A stretch of 64,000 nucleotides of DNA from Thermoanaerobaculia bacterium (GCA_963816185.1 CAWFJJ010000029.1:96001-160000), one strand, 5' to 3'. Counted from the stretch's first letter, positions 21,384-32,412 are shown. Notes: generated from the sequence alone by a model not told the origin. Made by a program: numbers and translations.

Positions 21384-23291
21384 ATGGAAGCGCGGTGGGA
21401 CGTCGTCGTCGTCGGAGGGGGTCATGCCGGTTGTGAGGCCGCGCTCGCCGCCGCTCGCCTCGGAAAGAGGACGCTTCTCCTCACACGCGAGCGCGCGACG
21501 ATCGGGCGCATGAGCTGCAACCCTGCCGTCGGAGGTCTCGCGAAAGGACAGGTCGTACGCGAGATCGACGCCCTCGGCGGTGCGATGGGACTCGTCGCGG
21601 ATCGCACCGCAATCCAGTTCAAGGTGCTCAACGCCTCGCGCGGAACCGCCGTGCGCGGGCTCCGCTGCCAGTCTGACAAGTCCCTTTACGCGGCGGAGAT
21701 GGCGCGAGTCCTCGGGGCGGCCGCGAACCTCGCCGTAGGGGAAGGCACGGCTGCGGGGTTCGTGGCGCGCGGCGGCCGGCTCGCCGGCCTGACCCTGGAG
21801 GACGGCACGACGCTCGCCTGTCGCGCGGCCGTCGTGACGACCGGAACGTTCTTGCGCGGCCTCATTCACGTGGGCGACGCGAGGCGGGAAGCCGGCCGCT
21901 GGAACGAACCGCCGGCGCGGTCTCTTTCGGACGCCCTCCGCGCCCTCGGACTCCGTCTTGGCCGGATGAAAACCGGGACCCCGCCACGCGTTCGCGCGGG
22001 CACCGTGGACCTTTCGAAAATGGCGCGCGCGCCCGGCGACGAGCGGCCGATCGCGTTTTCGTTCCGGTCGCGCCACGAGACCTTTCCCCGACAGAGACAG
22101 GTCGACTGCTGGCTCACCCACACCGACGAGGCCGTGCACGACCTCATTCGGGCCAGCCTGCCGCTCTCCCCCCTCTATTCGGGCCGGATCGTCGGCCGGG
22201 GGCCACGCTACTGCCCTTCTATCGAAGACAAGGTCGTGCGCTTCTCGGACAAGCCGCGCCACCAGATCTTCGTCGAGCCCGAAGGGCTTTCGACGGACTG
22301 GCTTTACCTCAACGGCCTCTCGATGTCCTTGCCGGAGCAAACCCAGGAATCAATCGTACGGATGATTACCGGTCTCGAGCACGCCGAGATCCTCCGCCCT
22401 GCTTACGCCGTCGAGTACGACATGGTCTTCCCGGAGCAGCTGGACATCTCTCTCGAAACGCGTGCCTTGCCCGGCCTCTTCCTCGCGGGACAGATCAACG
22501 GCACTTCCGGATACGAGGAGGCCGCCGGCCAGGGCCTCGTCGCGGGAGCGAACGCGGCTCGCGTCGTGACCGGCAACGCACCCCTCAGGCTCGGCCGGCA
22601 CGAGGCCTACATCGGCGTGATGCTCGACGATCTCGTCACGCTCGGCCTCGAGGAGCCGTACCGGCTCCTGACGTCGCGAGCGGAGCACCGCCTCCTCCTC
22701 GGCGCCGACACGGCGTACGCGCGGCTCACGGAGACGGCGCTTGCGCACGGCCTCGTCACCGAAAGCGAAGCGGCGCCGGTGCTCGAAGCCGAGGCCCGTG
22801 TCGTGCGCGCGCGCGCAAGATTGACCTCCGCGCACGTGCGGCCGGATCGCGCGACGAGGGAGCGACTCAACGCGCGCGGCATCGACCTGAGCGAAGAGAC
22901 GACGCTCGGAGGCCTGCTCCGCCGGCCGGAGGCCGACATCTCCGTTCTCCGGGACCTCTTCTCGAAAAGCCTCGACCCCGAGACGGTCGCCGACCTCGAT
23001 GCGCTGCGGGAGGAGGAACGGGATCGACTCGTTTCGGATCTTCGATACGAGGGTTTCATCGCGCGCGAGCGCGAGACCGTCGCCCGCGTTGCGCGCGCAG
23101 CGGAGCGTGTTCTCCCGAGCGAATTCGTGTACCGGGACGTCCCCGGCCTGTCGACAGAAGCGATCGAAAAGCTGGAGCGGCATCGACCCCGGACGCTCGG
23201 CCAGGCTTCGCGTCTGCCGGGCGTCACCTCCGCCGCGGTCGCCGTTCTCCTCGCCCGGCTGCTTTCTTCCGGGCGCGGAGTCGCGGCGTGA
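21384..23291 (+). CDS. mnmG: tRNA uridine 5-carboxymethylaminomethyl modification enzyme
   Basis: GGGHAGCEAA, MSCNP, KTGTPPR, GPRYCPSIEDK, GQINGTSGYEEA. Confidence 0.97.
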   Translation: MEARWDVVVVGGGHAGCEAALAAARLGKRTLLLTRERATIGRMSCNPAVGGLAKGQVVREIDALGGAMGLVADRTAIQFKVLNASRGTAVRGLRCQSDKSLYAAEMARVLGAAANLAVGEGTAAGFVARGGRLAGLTLEDGTTLACRAAVVTTGTFLRGLIHVGDARREAGRWNEPPARSLSDALRALGLRLGRMKTGTPPRVRAGTVDLSKMARAPGDERPIAFSFRSRHETFPRQRQVDCWLTHTDEAVHDLIRASLPLSPLYSGRIVGRGPRYCPSIEDKVVRFSDKPRHQIFVEPEGLSTDWLYLNGLSMSLPEQTQESIVRMITGLEHAEILRPAYAVEYDMVFPEQLDISLETRALPGLFLAGQINGTSGYEEAAGQGLVAGANAARVVTGNAPLRLGRHEAYIGVMLDDLVTLGLEEPYRLLTSRAEHRLLLGADTAYARLTETALAHGLVTESEAAPVLEAEARVVRARARLTSAHVRPDRATRERLNARGIDLSEETTLGGLLRRPEADISVLRDLFSKSLDPETVADLDALREEERDRLVSDLRYEGFIARERETVARVARAAERVLPSEFVYRDVPGLSTEAIEKLERHRPRTLGQASRLPGVTSAAVAVLLARLLSSGRGVAA

Positions 23292-23938
23292 CTCTCGAAG
23301 ACAGGATCCGGCGAAGCGCCGCGGAGCTCCCTGAAGAAGAGCGTGTCCGTACCCTTTCGGAGGTCGACCGGCTCGTGAACTTCCTTTCCTTCCTCCTCGA
23401 GAAGAACGCGGTGATGAACCTCGTTTCGGCGCGGTCGGCGGCTCCCGCGACCCTCGTGGGAACGCACCTACTCGACTCGTTCGTCGGCCTCTCCTCCTTG
23501 CCGTCCCCGCATGGCCGGCCGATCCGGCTTCTCGACCTCGGCTCGGGCGGGGGATTCCCCGCGATTCCGCTTCTCATCGTGCGGGGAGACCTCGAGGGAA
23601 CTCTCGTCGAATCCTCCGTCAAGAAGGCGGCGTACCTCGACGAGGTGATCTCGCGCCTCGCGTTGACCGCTCGGGTCGTGAACGCTAGATTTCCCGACTC
23701 CTTCCCGATGGCGGGTAACGCTCGTTACGACGTGCTGACGACCCGCGCCGTGGCCTCGGCGGGAAGACTCGTGCGTGCGGCGCGGCCGTGTCTGTCCCCC
23801 GGGGCGAAGGCGCTTCTCTGGACGAGCGAGCCGCTCGCGGCCGAGGCCGCGCGGACGAGTGGCGCGGCGCGATCCTCCTTCCGTCGTGCGCGAGGCGCCG
23901 AGCGGCGGGGTATCCTGTCCCTCGAGTGTTTCACGTGA
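23288..23938 (+). CDS. rsmG: 16S rRNA m7G527 methyltransferase
   Basis: HLLDS, LDLGSGGGFPAIPL, TRAV; follows mnmG. Confidence 0.9.
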   Translation: MTLEDRIRRSAAELPEEERVRTLSEVDRLVNFLSFLLEKNAVMNLVSARSAAPATLVGTHLLDSFVGLSSLPSPHGRPIRLLDLGSGGGFPAIPLLIVRGDLEGTLVESSVKKAAYLDEVISRLALTARVVNARFPDSFPMAGNARYDVLTTRAVASAGRLVRAARPCLSPGAKALLWTSEPLAAEAARTSGAARSSFRRARGAERRGILSLECFT

Positions 23939-23942
23939 AACA
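23927..23942. promoter_or_regulatory. parS centromere site
   Basis: Perfect palindrome TGTTTCACGTGAAACA, the canonical parS consensus. Confidence 0.93.
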
Positions 23943-24741
23943 TTCGCCTCAATCGGCCCATGTCCTCGCGGTCGCGAACCAGAAAGGGGGCGTCGGGAAG
24001 ACGACGACGGCGATCAGCCTCGCGGCGTCTCTCGCGGTTCTCGAGCGAGAGGTCCTCCTCGTGGACTTCGACCCCCAGGGGAACGCGACCTCCGGCCTGG
24101 GCGTCGACAAGTCCTCTCTTGTTCGCACCACATACGAATGGCTCGGCGGAGCGGCGGCCTTCGAGGAGATTGCGCGCGGCACGGACTTGTCTCACCTGAC
24201 GCTCGCGCCCGCGAACCGTCACCTCGTGGGTGCCGAGGTGGAGCTCGTACACGAGGAGCGCCGCGAGAAGCGCCTGGCCGAGAGAATCGACCCGCTGCGA
24301 GACCGATACGACTACATCCTGATCGACTGCCCGCCGTCGCTGTCGCTTCTCACCGTGAATGCGCTCGTGGCGGCCGATGGGGTGCTCGTGCCGATCCAGT
24401 GCGAATACTTCGCGCTCGAGGGGGTCTCCGAGCTCCTCACGACGATCGAGCGCGTGAGAGAGAGCCTCAACCCGGGCCTGGGCCTCGCGGGAGTCGTCGC
24501 CACGATGTTCGACGAACGGACGAATCTCTCGCGACAGGTGCTCGAGGAGATCCGGAAGCATTTCGGCGGGGCCGTGTTCGAGCACGTCGTCCCGCGAAGC
24601 GTGCGGCTCGGCGAGGCGCCGTCCTTCGGAAAGCCGATCCTCCTCTACGACGTCAAGTCGAAGGGCGCCGAGGCGTATCTCGGGATCGCGCGCGAGCTCC
24701 TGCGGCGGGATGGCCGCCGGTCGTCCGCGTCCGGCTGCTAG
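23935..24741 (+). CDS. parA: Chromosome partitioning ATPase ParA/Soj
   Basis: NQKGGVGKTT, DPQGNATSGLG, DCPPS, QCEYFALEG, EAPSFG; GTG start inferred. Confidence 0.95.
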   Translation: MKHSPQSAHVLAVANQKGGVGKTTTAISLAASLAVLEREVLLVDFDPQGNATSGLGVDKSSLVRTTYEWLGGAAAFEEIARGTDLSHLTLAPANRHLVGAEVELVHEERREKRLAERIDPLRDRYDYILIDCPPSLSLLTVNALVAADGVLVPIQCEYFALEGVSELLTTIERVRESLNPGLGLAGVVATMFDERTNLSRQVLEEIRKHFGGAVFEHVVPRSVRLGEAPSFGKPILLYDVKSKGAEAYLGIARELLRRDGRRSSASGC

Positions 24742-24751
24742 GATCGCCGCC

Positions 24752-25618
24752 GTGATCGCGTCCCGAAGACCGGCGCTCGGCAAAGGCCTCTCGGCGCTCA
24801 TTCCATCGTCGCGGGCAGACGCGCCGAGCGCGGCCCCGAGAGCCGTCGCGATCGATCTCCTGGACTCGAACCGCCGCCAGCCGCGCCGGCGGTTCGACGA
24901 CGCCGGCCTCGAGGAGCTCGCACGGTCCATCCGGCGGACCGGGATCCTCCAGCCCGTCCTCGTCACGAAGGAGGGCGGGCGCTTTCGGATCGTTGCCGGC
25001 GAGCGCCGCGTCCGCGCGGCTCGGCTCGCGGGCCTCGTCGAGGTTCCGGTGGTCGTGCGCGAGGGCGTAACGGATCGCGATCACCTCCTCCTCGCGCTCG
25101 TCGAGAATGTGCAGCGTAGCGACCTCACCCCCCTCGAGGAGGCGGAGGCATACCGCCATCTCAAAGACGACTTTTCCCTCACACAGGAGGACGTCGCCGA
25201 ACGCGTCGGCAAGGACCGGACAACCGTCGCGAACGCGCTCCGACTGCTCAAGCTCCCTTCCGCGGTGCGCGCCGCGCTCGAGGACGGATCTCTCTCGGCG
25301 GGCCATGCGCGCGCCCTGCTCGCGTTGCCGTCCGCGGCCGATCAGGAGCAACTCGCGAAAGAGGTCGTGCGCCGCGGGCTCTCCGTGCGCGCGACCGAGG
25401 CGCGGGTGGCCGCCATCCAGAAGGGGAGCGCGAAGAAGAAGAAATCCCGGGCGGTGGATGCCGACACGCGCGACGCCGAGCTCCGCCTCGCGCGGGTGCT
25501 CGGGACACGGGTCGAGATTCGCAGGAAGAAGCGCGGGGGCGAGGTCCGCATCTCGTTCTTCTCGGAGGAGGAGCTGATCTCTCTTTTCGAGCGGCTCCTC
25601 GGAGGCCGCAAAACATGA
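24752..25618 (+). CDS. parB: Chromosome partitioning protein ParB
   Basis: LGKGLSALI, QPRRRF, AGERRVRA, ENVQR, HTH, GHARALL. Confidence 0.95.
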   Translation: MIASRRPALGKGLSALIPSSRADAPSAAPRAVAIDLLDSNRRQPRRRFDDAGLEELARSIRRTGILQPVLVTKEGGRFRIVAGERRVRAARLAGLVEVPVVVREGVTDRDHLLLALVENVQRSDLTPLEEAEAYRHLKDDFSLTQEDVAERVGKDRTTVANALRLLKLPSAVRAALEDGSLSAGHARALLALPSAADQEQLAKEVVRRGLSVRATEARVAAIQKGSAKKKKSRAVDADTRDAELRLARVLGTRVEIRRKKRGGEVRISFFSEEELISLFERLLGGRKT

Positions 25619-25989
25619 GCGCAAAGCGAAGCGGCTCGCTGAATGGTTTCCTGGACCGCGGCGCGCGGCTCGAGGGAACGCTCTCGTTCGACGACGTGTT
25701 CCGCATCGACGGGCAGTTCAAAGGCACGATCACGTCGGAGGCCGAGCTCGTGGTCGGGGAGGGCGGCGTCGTGGAAGGCGACGTACGGGTGGGGCGCCTC
25801 GCGGTGTCCGGCACGATCAAGGGAAGCGTGCACGCCAAAGAGCGCGTGGAGCTGCACACGGGCGCGCGCGTCTTCGCCGACATTAAGACGCCCGTGCTGG
25901 TCGTCGAAGAGGGCGCGGTGATTCAGGGGCCCGTGGAAAGCGGCCCGCCGCGCAGTGAGGAGCCCGCGAAGGGCAAACTCCCGCCATAG
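25615..25989 (+). CDS. Bactofilin (polymer-forming cytoskeletal protein)
   Basis: Beta-helix repeats LEGTL, RIDGQFKG, VEGDV, VVEEGAVIQG. Confidence 0.9.
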   Translation: MSAKRSGSLNGFLDRGARLEGTLSFDDVFRIDGQFKGTITSEAELVVGEGGVVEGDVRVGRLAVSGTIKGSVHAKERVELHTGARVFADIKTPVLVVEEGAVIQGPVESGPPRSEEPAKGKLPP

Positions 25990-26012
25990 CCAGGCCGCAG
26001 AGGCGAATTCGG

Positions 26013-26071
26013 AGATTTCTTTTTGCTGATATTCGGGGGCTGCAGTTGCAGCCGCCGATATGAGGAAATCT
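26013..26071. repeat. Imperfect hairpin; member of a dispersed palindromic repeat
   Basis: AGATTTC...GGCTGCA-GT-TGCAGCC...GAAATCT; reverse complement of 26020-26060 matches 59359-59399 at 35/41. Confidence 0.65.
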
Positions 26072-26076
26072 TCTCT

Positions 26077-26149
26077 TCGAATGGCCGGTGTCAAGGGTCG
26101 AAGACCGCCCCGCGGCGCGCTTCGCGCGCCCTTGACTCCGGCCATTCGA
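26077..26149. repeat. 21-bp inverted repeat (REP/MITE-like cruciform)
   Basis: TCGAATGGCCGGTGTCAAGGG (26077-26097) vs CCCTTGACTCCGGCCATTCGA (26129-26149), 20/21 complementary. Confidence 0.8.
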
Positions 26150-26175
26150 CGAAATATCTGAAAACAGAATAATTA

Positions 26176-26188
26176 AATCAACCGATTA
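26176..26188 (+). promoter_or_regulatory. Putative IHF-binding site upstream of the atp operon
   Basis: AATCAACCGATTA fits WATCAANNNNTTR, preceded by an A/T tract. Confidence 0.5.
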
Positions 26189-26352
26189 GTTTCACCTTTG
26201 CGGTACACAGGTGGCGACTGAAGAAGTCTCACGATTGACCCACGGCCGCCGCCGTGAGATAACCCCGCAGCCTGCGCAGATCCGGGTCCATGGCGTCGCC
26301 CGAGAGGTTCGGCGTCCGGGTTTCGGGCCGGTGCATGCGACGCCGAGCACAC

Positions 26353-26781
26353 ATGCAGCTACCCGATCTCTCCCTGCTCCTCGTCATGGTGATCTTCTGG
26401 GCGACATACGCCGTCCTGAGGTTTTTCATCCTCAAGCCGCTCGGCGGGATCCTCGAGGGGCGCGAACGCACCGTCCAAGAGGCGACGGCGGCGCTCGCGG
26501 GGATGCTGGACCAGGAGAAAGACACGCTTGCCGGCATCGACAAGCGGCTCACGGAGGCGCGCCGCGAGGCGCTGGCGGCGCGTAAGGCCGCTCGCGACGA
26601 AGCGAACACGAAGCGCCAGGCGATCCTCGAGACTGCGCGCGAAAAAGCGCGCGTCGCGGTCGCGGATGCCCAGGGCCGGCTCGAGAAGGACGTCGCCGCT
26701 GCGCGGTCGGACCTCGCGAGTAACGCGCGCGCAACGGCCGTGGAGATCGCGTCGCGGGCTCTCGGCCGGAGGATCGCGTGA
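26353..26781 (+). CDS. F0F1 ATP synthase subunit b'
   Basis: N-terminal TM helix, KPL..ILE.R, Ala/Glu-rich coiled coil; first gene of atp cluster. Confidence 0.85.
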   Translation: MQLPDLSLLLVMVIFWATYAVLRFFILKPLGGILEGRERTVQEATAALAGMLDQEKDTLAGIDKRLTEARREALAARKAARDEANTKRQAILETAREKARVAVADAQGRLEKDVAAARSDLASNARATAVEIASRALGRRIA

Positions 26782-27338
26782 CGCTCGGGGTGGGTCTTCT
26801 CTTCCTCGAGGAAGGGCAGGAGGCGACCCACGGTTTTCTCGGAGTTCCGGGCCTCGTGTGGCAGCTTCTCAACCTCGTCCTTTTTCTCGGTCTTCTCTGG
26901 TACTTCCTGAGAAAGCCGGCCGCCGATTTCTTCGGAAAGCGAAAAGCGGGCGTCGCGGCGGCCCTCGCGAAGGCCGACGAGGACCGCCGCCGGGCGGAGC
27001 AGCTCTCCGTGGAGCTCAAAGCGCGGCTCGCGGCCATCGAGACCGAGCTCGCGAACCTGAAGGCGGCCGCGCGACGCGACGCGGAGACCGAACACACGGC
27101 GCTGCTCGCGAAGAGCCAGGCAGACGCCGACCAGATCCTGGCGCGCACGCGCACCGATCTCGACAATCGTGTCCGAGCCGCTCGGGCCGAGCTCACGGCC
27201 TTTGCCGGCGACCTTTCGGTCGACCTCGCCCGCGAGCTCCTCCAGAAGAACGTGACGGCGGACGACGAAAAGAGACTACTCGAAGAGGGCCTGGCGCACC
27301 TGGCCGGCTCGGCGACGGGTCGAGGCGGAGCGAGATGA
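26778..27338 (+). CDS. atpF: F0F1 ATP synthase subunit b
   Basis: WQLLNLVLFLGLLWYFLRKP followed by coiled coil. Confidence 0.88.
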   Translation: MTLGVGLLFLEEGQEATHGFLGVPGLVWQLLNLVLFLGLLWYFLRKPAADFFGKRKAGVAAALAKADEDRRRAEQLSVELKARLAAIETELANLKAAARRDAETEHTALLAKSQADADQILARTRTDLDNRVRAARAELTAFAGDLSVDLARELLQKNVTADDEKRLLEEGLAHLAGSATGRGGAR

Positions 27339-27874
27339 GCGCCCGCGTCACGCGTCCCTACGTCGACGCCTTCTTCGCCGTGGCGACGGACCCGGCCGGA
27401 GAGCTTGCGGCGCTCGAGGCGTTCCGACATGCGTACGACCAGAATCCCGAGCTCGGAAAGGTCCTCTCGAACCCCGGACTCGAGCGCGAAAAGCGCGAGG
27501 CGCTGCTGACCGCGGTCGCCGAGCGCGTCGGGGTTCCCGAGATCGCGGGCCGCCTCCTGAAGATCCTCCTCCACAACGGCCGGCTTCACATCCTCGGCGA
27601 CCTTCTCGGCGCCCTTCGCGCGCGGCTCGACCGGGACACGCATGCCGTCGAAGCGCGGATCGTCACGGCTCGGCCCGCCGACGCCGCCGTTCTCGAAGCC
27701 CTCCGCGCGCTCGTCGCCGATCGGACGAAGCAGACCGTCCGCCTCGTGTCCAAAGTCGATCCCTCTCTCCTCGGGGGTTTCATCGTCTCGGTGGGCAGCG
27801 CGCGGCTCGATGCCTCTCTCGAGAGGCGCCTCGAAAAAGCCCGCGCGGCCCTACACGCACTCGCCCCGGCCTGA
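27335..27874 (+). CDS. atpH: F0F1 ATP synthase subunit delta
   Basis: RPYVDA, LSNP, VDPSLLGG, LDASL. Confidence 0.9.
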   Translation: MSARVTRPYVDAFFAVATDPAGELAALEAFRHAYDQNPELGKVLSNPGLEREKREALLTAVAERVGVPEIAGRLLKILLHNGRLHILGDLLGALRARLDRDTHAVEARIVTARPADAAVLEALRALVADRTKQTVRLVSKVDPSLLGGFIVSVGSARLDASLERRLEKARAALHALAPA

Positions 27875-27898
27875 CACTTGGGAGAAAGAAGCACCCAC

Positions 27899-29434
27899 AT
27901 GGCGGAAATCAGCGCTCAGGAGATCACGCAGCTCATCAAGGCCCAGCTCGCCGGCATCACGCAAGGCGTGGACGTCGACGAGGTGGGGACCGTCGTGTCC
28001 GTCGGCGACGGCATCGCGCTCGCCTACGGCCTCGAGAAAGTCATGGCGGGCGAGCTTCTCGAATTCCCGAACGGCGTTTACGGTCTCGCGCTGAACCTCG
28101 AGGAGGGCCACGTCGGCTGCGTCCTCATGGGCGAGACGAGCCTCGTCAAGGAAGGCGACACCGTCAAGCGCACGAAGCGCATCATTTCGGTGCCCGTCGG
28201 CGAGGCGCTCGTGGGACGCGTGGTCAACCCGCTCGGGCATCCGATCGACGGCAAAGGACCGGTCGCCTCGAAGGAGTTCTACCCGGTCGAGCGGCTCGCC
28301 CCCGGTGTCGTCGACCGCATGCCGGTCAAGGAGCCCATGCAGACGGGCCTCAAGGCAATCGACTCGATGATTCCGATCGGCCGCGGGCAGCGCGAGCTGA
28401 TCATCGGAGACCGCCAGACGGGGAAGACCGCCATCGCCCTCGACACGATCATCAACCAGAAGGGCAACGGGGTCATTTGCGTGTACGTCGCGATCGGCCA
28501 GAAGAACTCCACGATCGCCCAAGTCGTCCAGACGCTCGAGGGGCACGGCGCGATGGAGCACACGATCGTCGTCGCCGCGGCCGCGTCCGACCCGGCGCCG
28601 CTCCAGTACATCTCGGCCTACGCGGGCTGCGCGATGGGCGAGTACTTCATGTACAACGGCAAGCACGCGCTCGTCGTCTACGACGACCTCTCCAAGCAGG
28701 CGGCGTCCTATCGCGAGATCTCGCTTCTTCTCCGCCGCCCGCCGGGCCGCGAGGCGTACCCGGGAGACGTGTTCTACCTGCACAGCCGGCTTCTCGAGCG
28801 CGCCTCGAAGCTGAACAAGGCGAAAGGCGGCGGGTCGCTGACGGCGCTCCCGATCATCGAGACGCAGGCGGGCGACGTGTCGGCGTACATCCCGACGAAC
28901 GTCATCTCGATCACGGACGGACAGATCTTTCTCGAGTCGGACCTCTTCTTCTCGGGCCAGCGTCCGGCCGTGAACGTCGGCATCTCGGTGTCGCGCGTCG
29001 GCGGGTCCGCGCAGATCCGGGTCATGCGCGCGATCGCGGGCACCCTGCGCCTCGACCTCGCGCAGTACCGGGAGCTCGCCGCGTTCGCGCAATTCGGCTC
29101 CGATCTCGACAAGACGACCCAGGCGCAGCTCAACCGCGGGCGCCGGCTGGTCGAGATCCTCAAACAGAACCAGTATGTCCCGATGAACGTCGCGCTCCAG
29201 ATCGCCTCGGTCTTCGCCGGCACGAAGGGGTTCCTCGACGACCTGCTCGTCGAGGCCGTCCTGCCCTTCGAGACCGCCCTTCACGAATACCTGGGCAGCC
29301 AGCACGCGCCGCTCCTTCAGGAGATGCGGGAAGCCGGCAAGCTCACGAAGGAGATCGAGTCCGCGCTTTCCGCGGCGGTCGGAGAAGCGAAGAAGGTCTT
29401 CCTTTCCTCCCGCCCCGAGGCGAAGCAGGCCTAG
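27899..29434 (+). CDS. atpA: F0F1 ATP synthase subunit alpha
   Basis: [31 protein letters not shown]. Confidence 0.99.
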   Translation: MAEISAQEITQLIKAQLAGITQGVDVDEVGTVVSVGDGIALAYGLEKVMAGELLEFPNGVYGLALNLEEGHVGCVLMGETSLVKEGDTVKRTKRIISVPVGEALVGRVVNPLGHPIDGKGPVASKEFYPVERLAPGVVDRMPVKEPMQTGLKAIDSMIPIGRGQRELIIGDRQTGKTAIALDTIINQKGNGVICVYVAIGQKNSTIAQVVQTLEGHGAMEHTIVVAAAASDPAPLQYISAYAGCAMGEYFMYNGKHALVVYDDLSKQAASYREISLLLRRPPGREAYPGDVFYLHSRLLERASKLNKAKGGGSLTALPIIETQAGDVSAYIPTNVISITDGQIFLESDLFFSGQRPAVNVGISVSRVGGSAQIRVMRAIAGTLRLDLAQYRELAAFAQFGSDLDKTTQAQLNRGRRLVEILKQNQYVPMNVALQIASVFAGTKGFLDDLLVEAVLPFETALHEYLGSQHAPLLQEMREAGKLTKEIESALSAAVGEAKKVFLSSRPEAKQA

Positions 29435-29453
29435 GGCGGCGCCGCAACCAAGC

Positions 29454-30332
29454 ATGGCGAACCTCATCGACATCCGGCGGCGGATCCGGAGCGTGAAGAA
29501 CACGCAGCAGATCACGAAAGCGGTAAAGATGGTTGCCGCGTCGAAGCTGCGCCGCTCGCAGGATCGCGCCATCGCCTCTCGGCCCTACGCGACGACGCTC
29601 GAGGCCGTGCTGCGCTCGGTGGCATCCCGCGTCCGGCCCCGCGAAGACGGGGCGCCTCTCCATCCGTTGCTCGCGACGCGGGAGGAGAAGAGCGTGGTCC
29701 TTCTCGTCGTGAGCGGCGACAAGGGCCTCGCCGGCGGTTTCAACACGAACGTGAACCGTGCCGTGGCGACGTTCGTGCGCAAGGCGAAGGATCGCGGCGT
29801 TGCGAACGTGCGCCTCGTGACGCTCGGCAAGAAGGCGAACGACTTCTGGCGGCGCCGGCCGGTCGAGATCCTCGAGGCGCGGACGGGCCTCGCAGCGCTC
29901 GGCGTCGCGACGACCGCCGAGATCGGCCGCGCCCTGGCCGCGCGCTTCGTCTCGGGCGAGGCGGACGCCGTATACGTCGTCTCGAACGAGTTTCGGAGCG
30001 CCATCTCTCAAGTCGTGAGGACGAAACGCCTGCTTCCCATCGCGCTCGAGAGCGCTGCGGCCGCACCGGCCGGCCCTGACTACCTTTATGAACCGTCCCC
30101 CGAGGAGATCCTCGGGATTCTCCTGCCGCGCTTTCTCGAGTTCCAGATGTACCGTGTGATTCTCGAATCCCAGGCGGCGTTCTTCGCGGCGCAAATGACC
30201 GCGATGGACAGCGCTTCGAAGAATGCGGGCGACATGATCGACTCGCTGACCCTCATCTACAACCGCGCGCGGCAGGCGCGCATCACGAAAGAGCTCATCG
30301 AGATCGTCTCCGGAGCTGCAGCCCTCGATTAG
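29454..30332 (+). CDS. atpG: F0F1 ATP synthase subunit gamma
   Basis: ITKAVKMVAASK, DKGLAGGFN, YNRARQARITKELIEIVSGA. Confidence 0.98.
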   Translation: MANLIDIRRRIRSVKNTQQITKAVKMVAASKLRRSQDRAIASRPYATTLEAVLRSVASRVRPREDGAPLHPLLATREEKSVVLLVVSGDKGLAGGFNTNVNRAVATFVRKAKDRGVANVRLVTLGKKANDFWRRRPVEILEARTGLAALGVATTAEIGRALAARFVSGEADAVYVVSNEFRSAISQVVRTKRLLPIALESAAAAPAGPDYLYEPSPEEILGILLPRFLEFQMYRVILESQAAFFAAQMTAMDSASKNAGDMIDSLTLIYNRARQARITKELIEIVSGAAALD

Positions 30333-31814
<1,482 letters not shown>

Positions 31815-31816
31815 CG

Positions 31817-32224
31817 TTGGACGCGCGGCTCACGTTGACCGTCGTCACGCCGGAGCGCGCGCTGCTCCAAGGCGCTGCATGCGACGAGGTCACGCTGCCG
31901 GCGTGGCGCGGCGAGCTCGGCGTCCTGCCGGGCCACACGCCTTTGATCGCGCTTCTGGGAATCGGCGTCGTCGCGTATCGAGACGGCGCCCGGCGCGCGA
32001 TGCTCGCCGTCCGTAGCGGCTTCGTGGAAATCGCCGCCGACGCGGTGCGGATCCTGGCCGACGAGGCGGCGGCGCCGGATGGCATCGACGAGGCGAAGGC
32101 CTCGGCGGAAAAGGCGGACGCGGAGAAGAGGCGCGAGCGCGCCGCCGGAGACGAGGAGTTGGACGCCGCGAACGCGGACGCCCGATTTGCGGAAGCGCGC
32201 CTCGCCGTCCTCCGGTCTGCGTGA
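31817..32224 (+). CDS. atpC: F0F1 ATP synthase subunit epsilon
   Basis: VVTPER, GELGVLPGHTP, GFVEI; TTG start inferred. Confidence 0.93.
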   Translation: MDARLTLTVVTPERALLQGAACDEVTLPAWRGELGVLPGHTPLIALLGIGVVAYRDGARRAMLAVRSGFVEIAADAVRILADEAAAPDGIDEAKASAEKADAEKRRERAAGDEELDAANADARFAEARLAVLRSA

Positions 32225-32292
32225 CGCCGGCAACCGCGCGGGGAAGAGCGAAAAGGGCCGACCAATGACGTCCCCCCGGGGGGCCGAACGCC

Positions 32293-32309
32293 TCGGCATG
32301 AGGCTTGCG
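32293..32309 (+). promoter_or_regulatory. Putative sigma54 (-24/-12) promoter
   Basis: TCGGCATGAGGCTTGCG: GG 32295-6, 10 nt, GC 32307-8, with TTGC and GGCA context. Confidence 0.6.
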
Positions 32310-32319
32310 AAGGGTATGC

Positions 32320-32412
32320 GTAGGCTCGGTGGGCGCCGAAAGGGCGCGCCGGGTGACACGAACACCTCCTGCCTCCTACCGGGGCTCCGCTCTTGCGGAG
32401 CCCTCTTTTTTT
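32320..32412 (+). ncRNA. Candidate small regulatory RNA with two anti-SD motifs
   Basis: 5' hairpin 32325-32353, linker with CCTCCT at 32365-70 and 32372-77, terminator hairpin plus T7; 5' end inferred from the promoter. Confidence 0.55.
32382..32412 (+). terminator. Rho-independent terminator
   Basis: GGGCTCCGC-TCTT-GCGGAGCCC then TCTTTTTTT. Confidence 0.9.
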
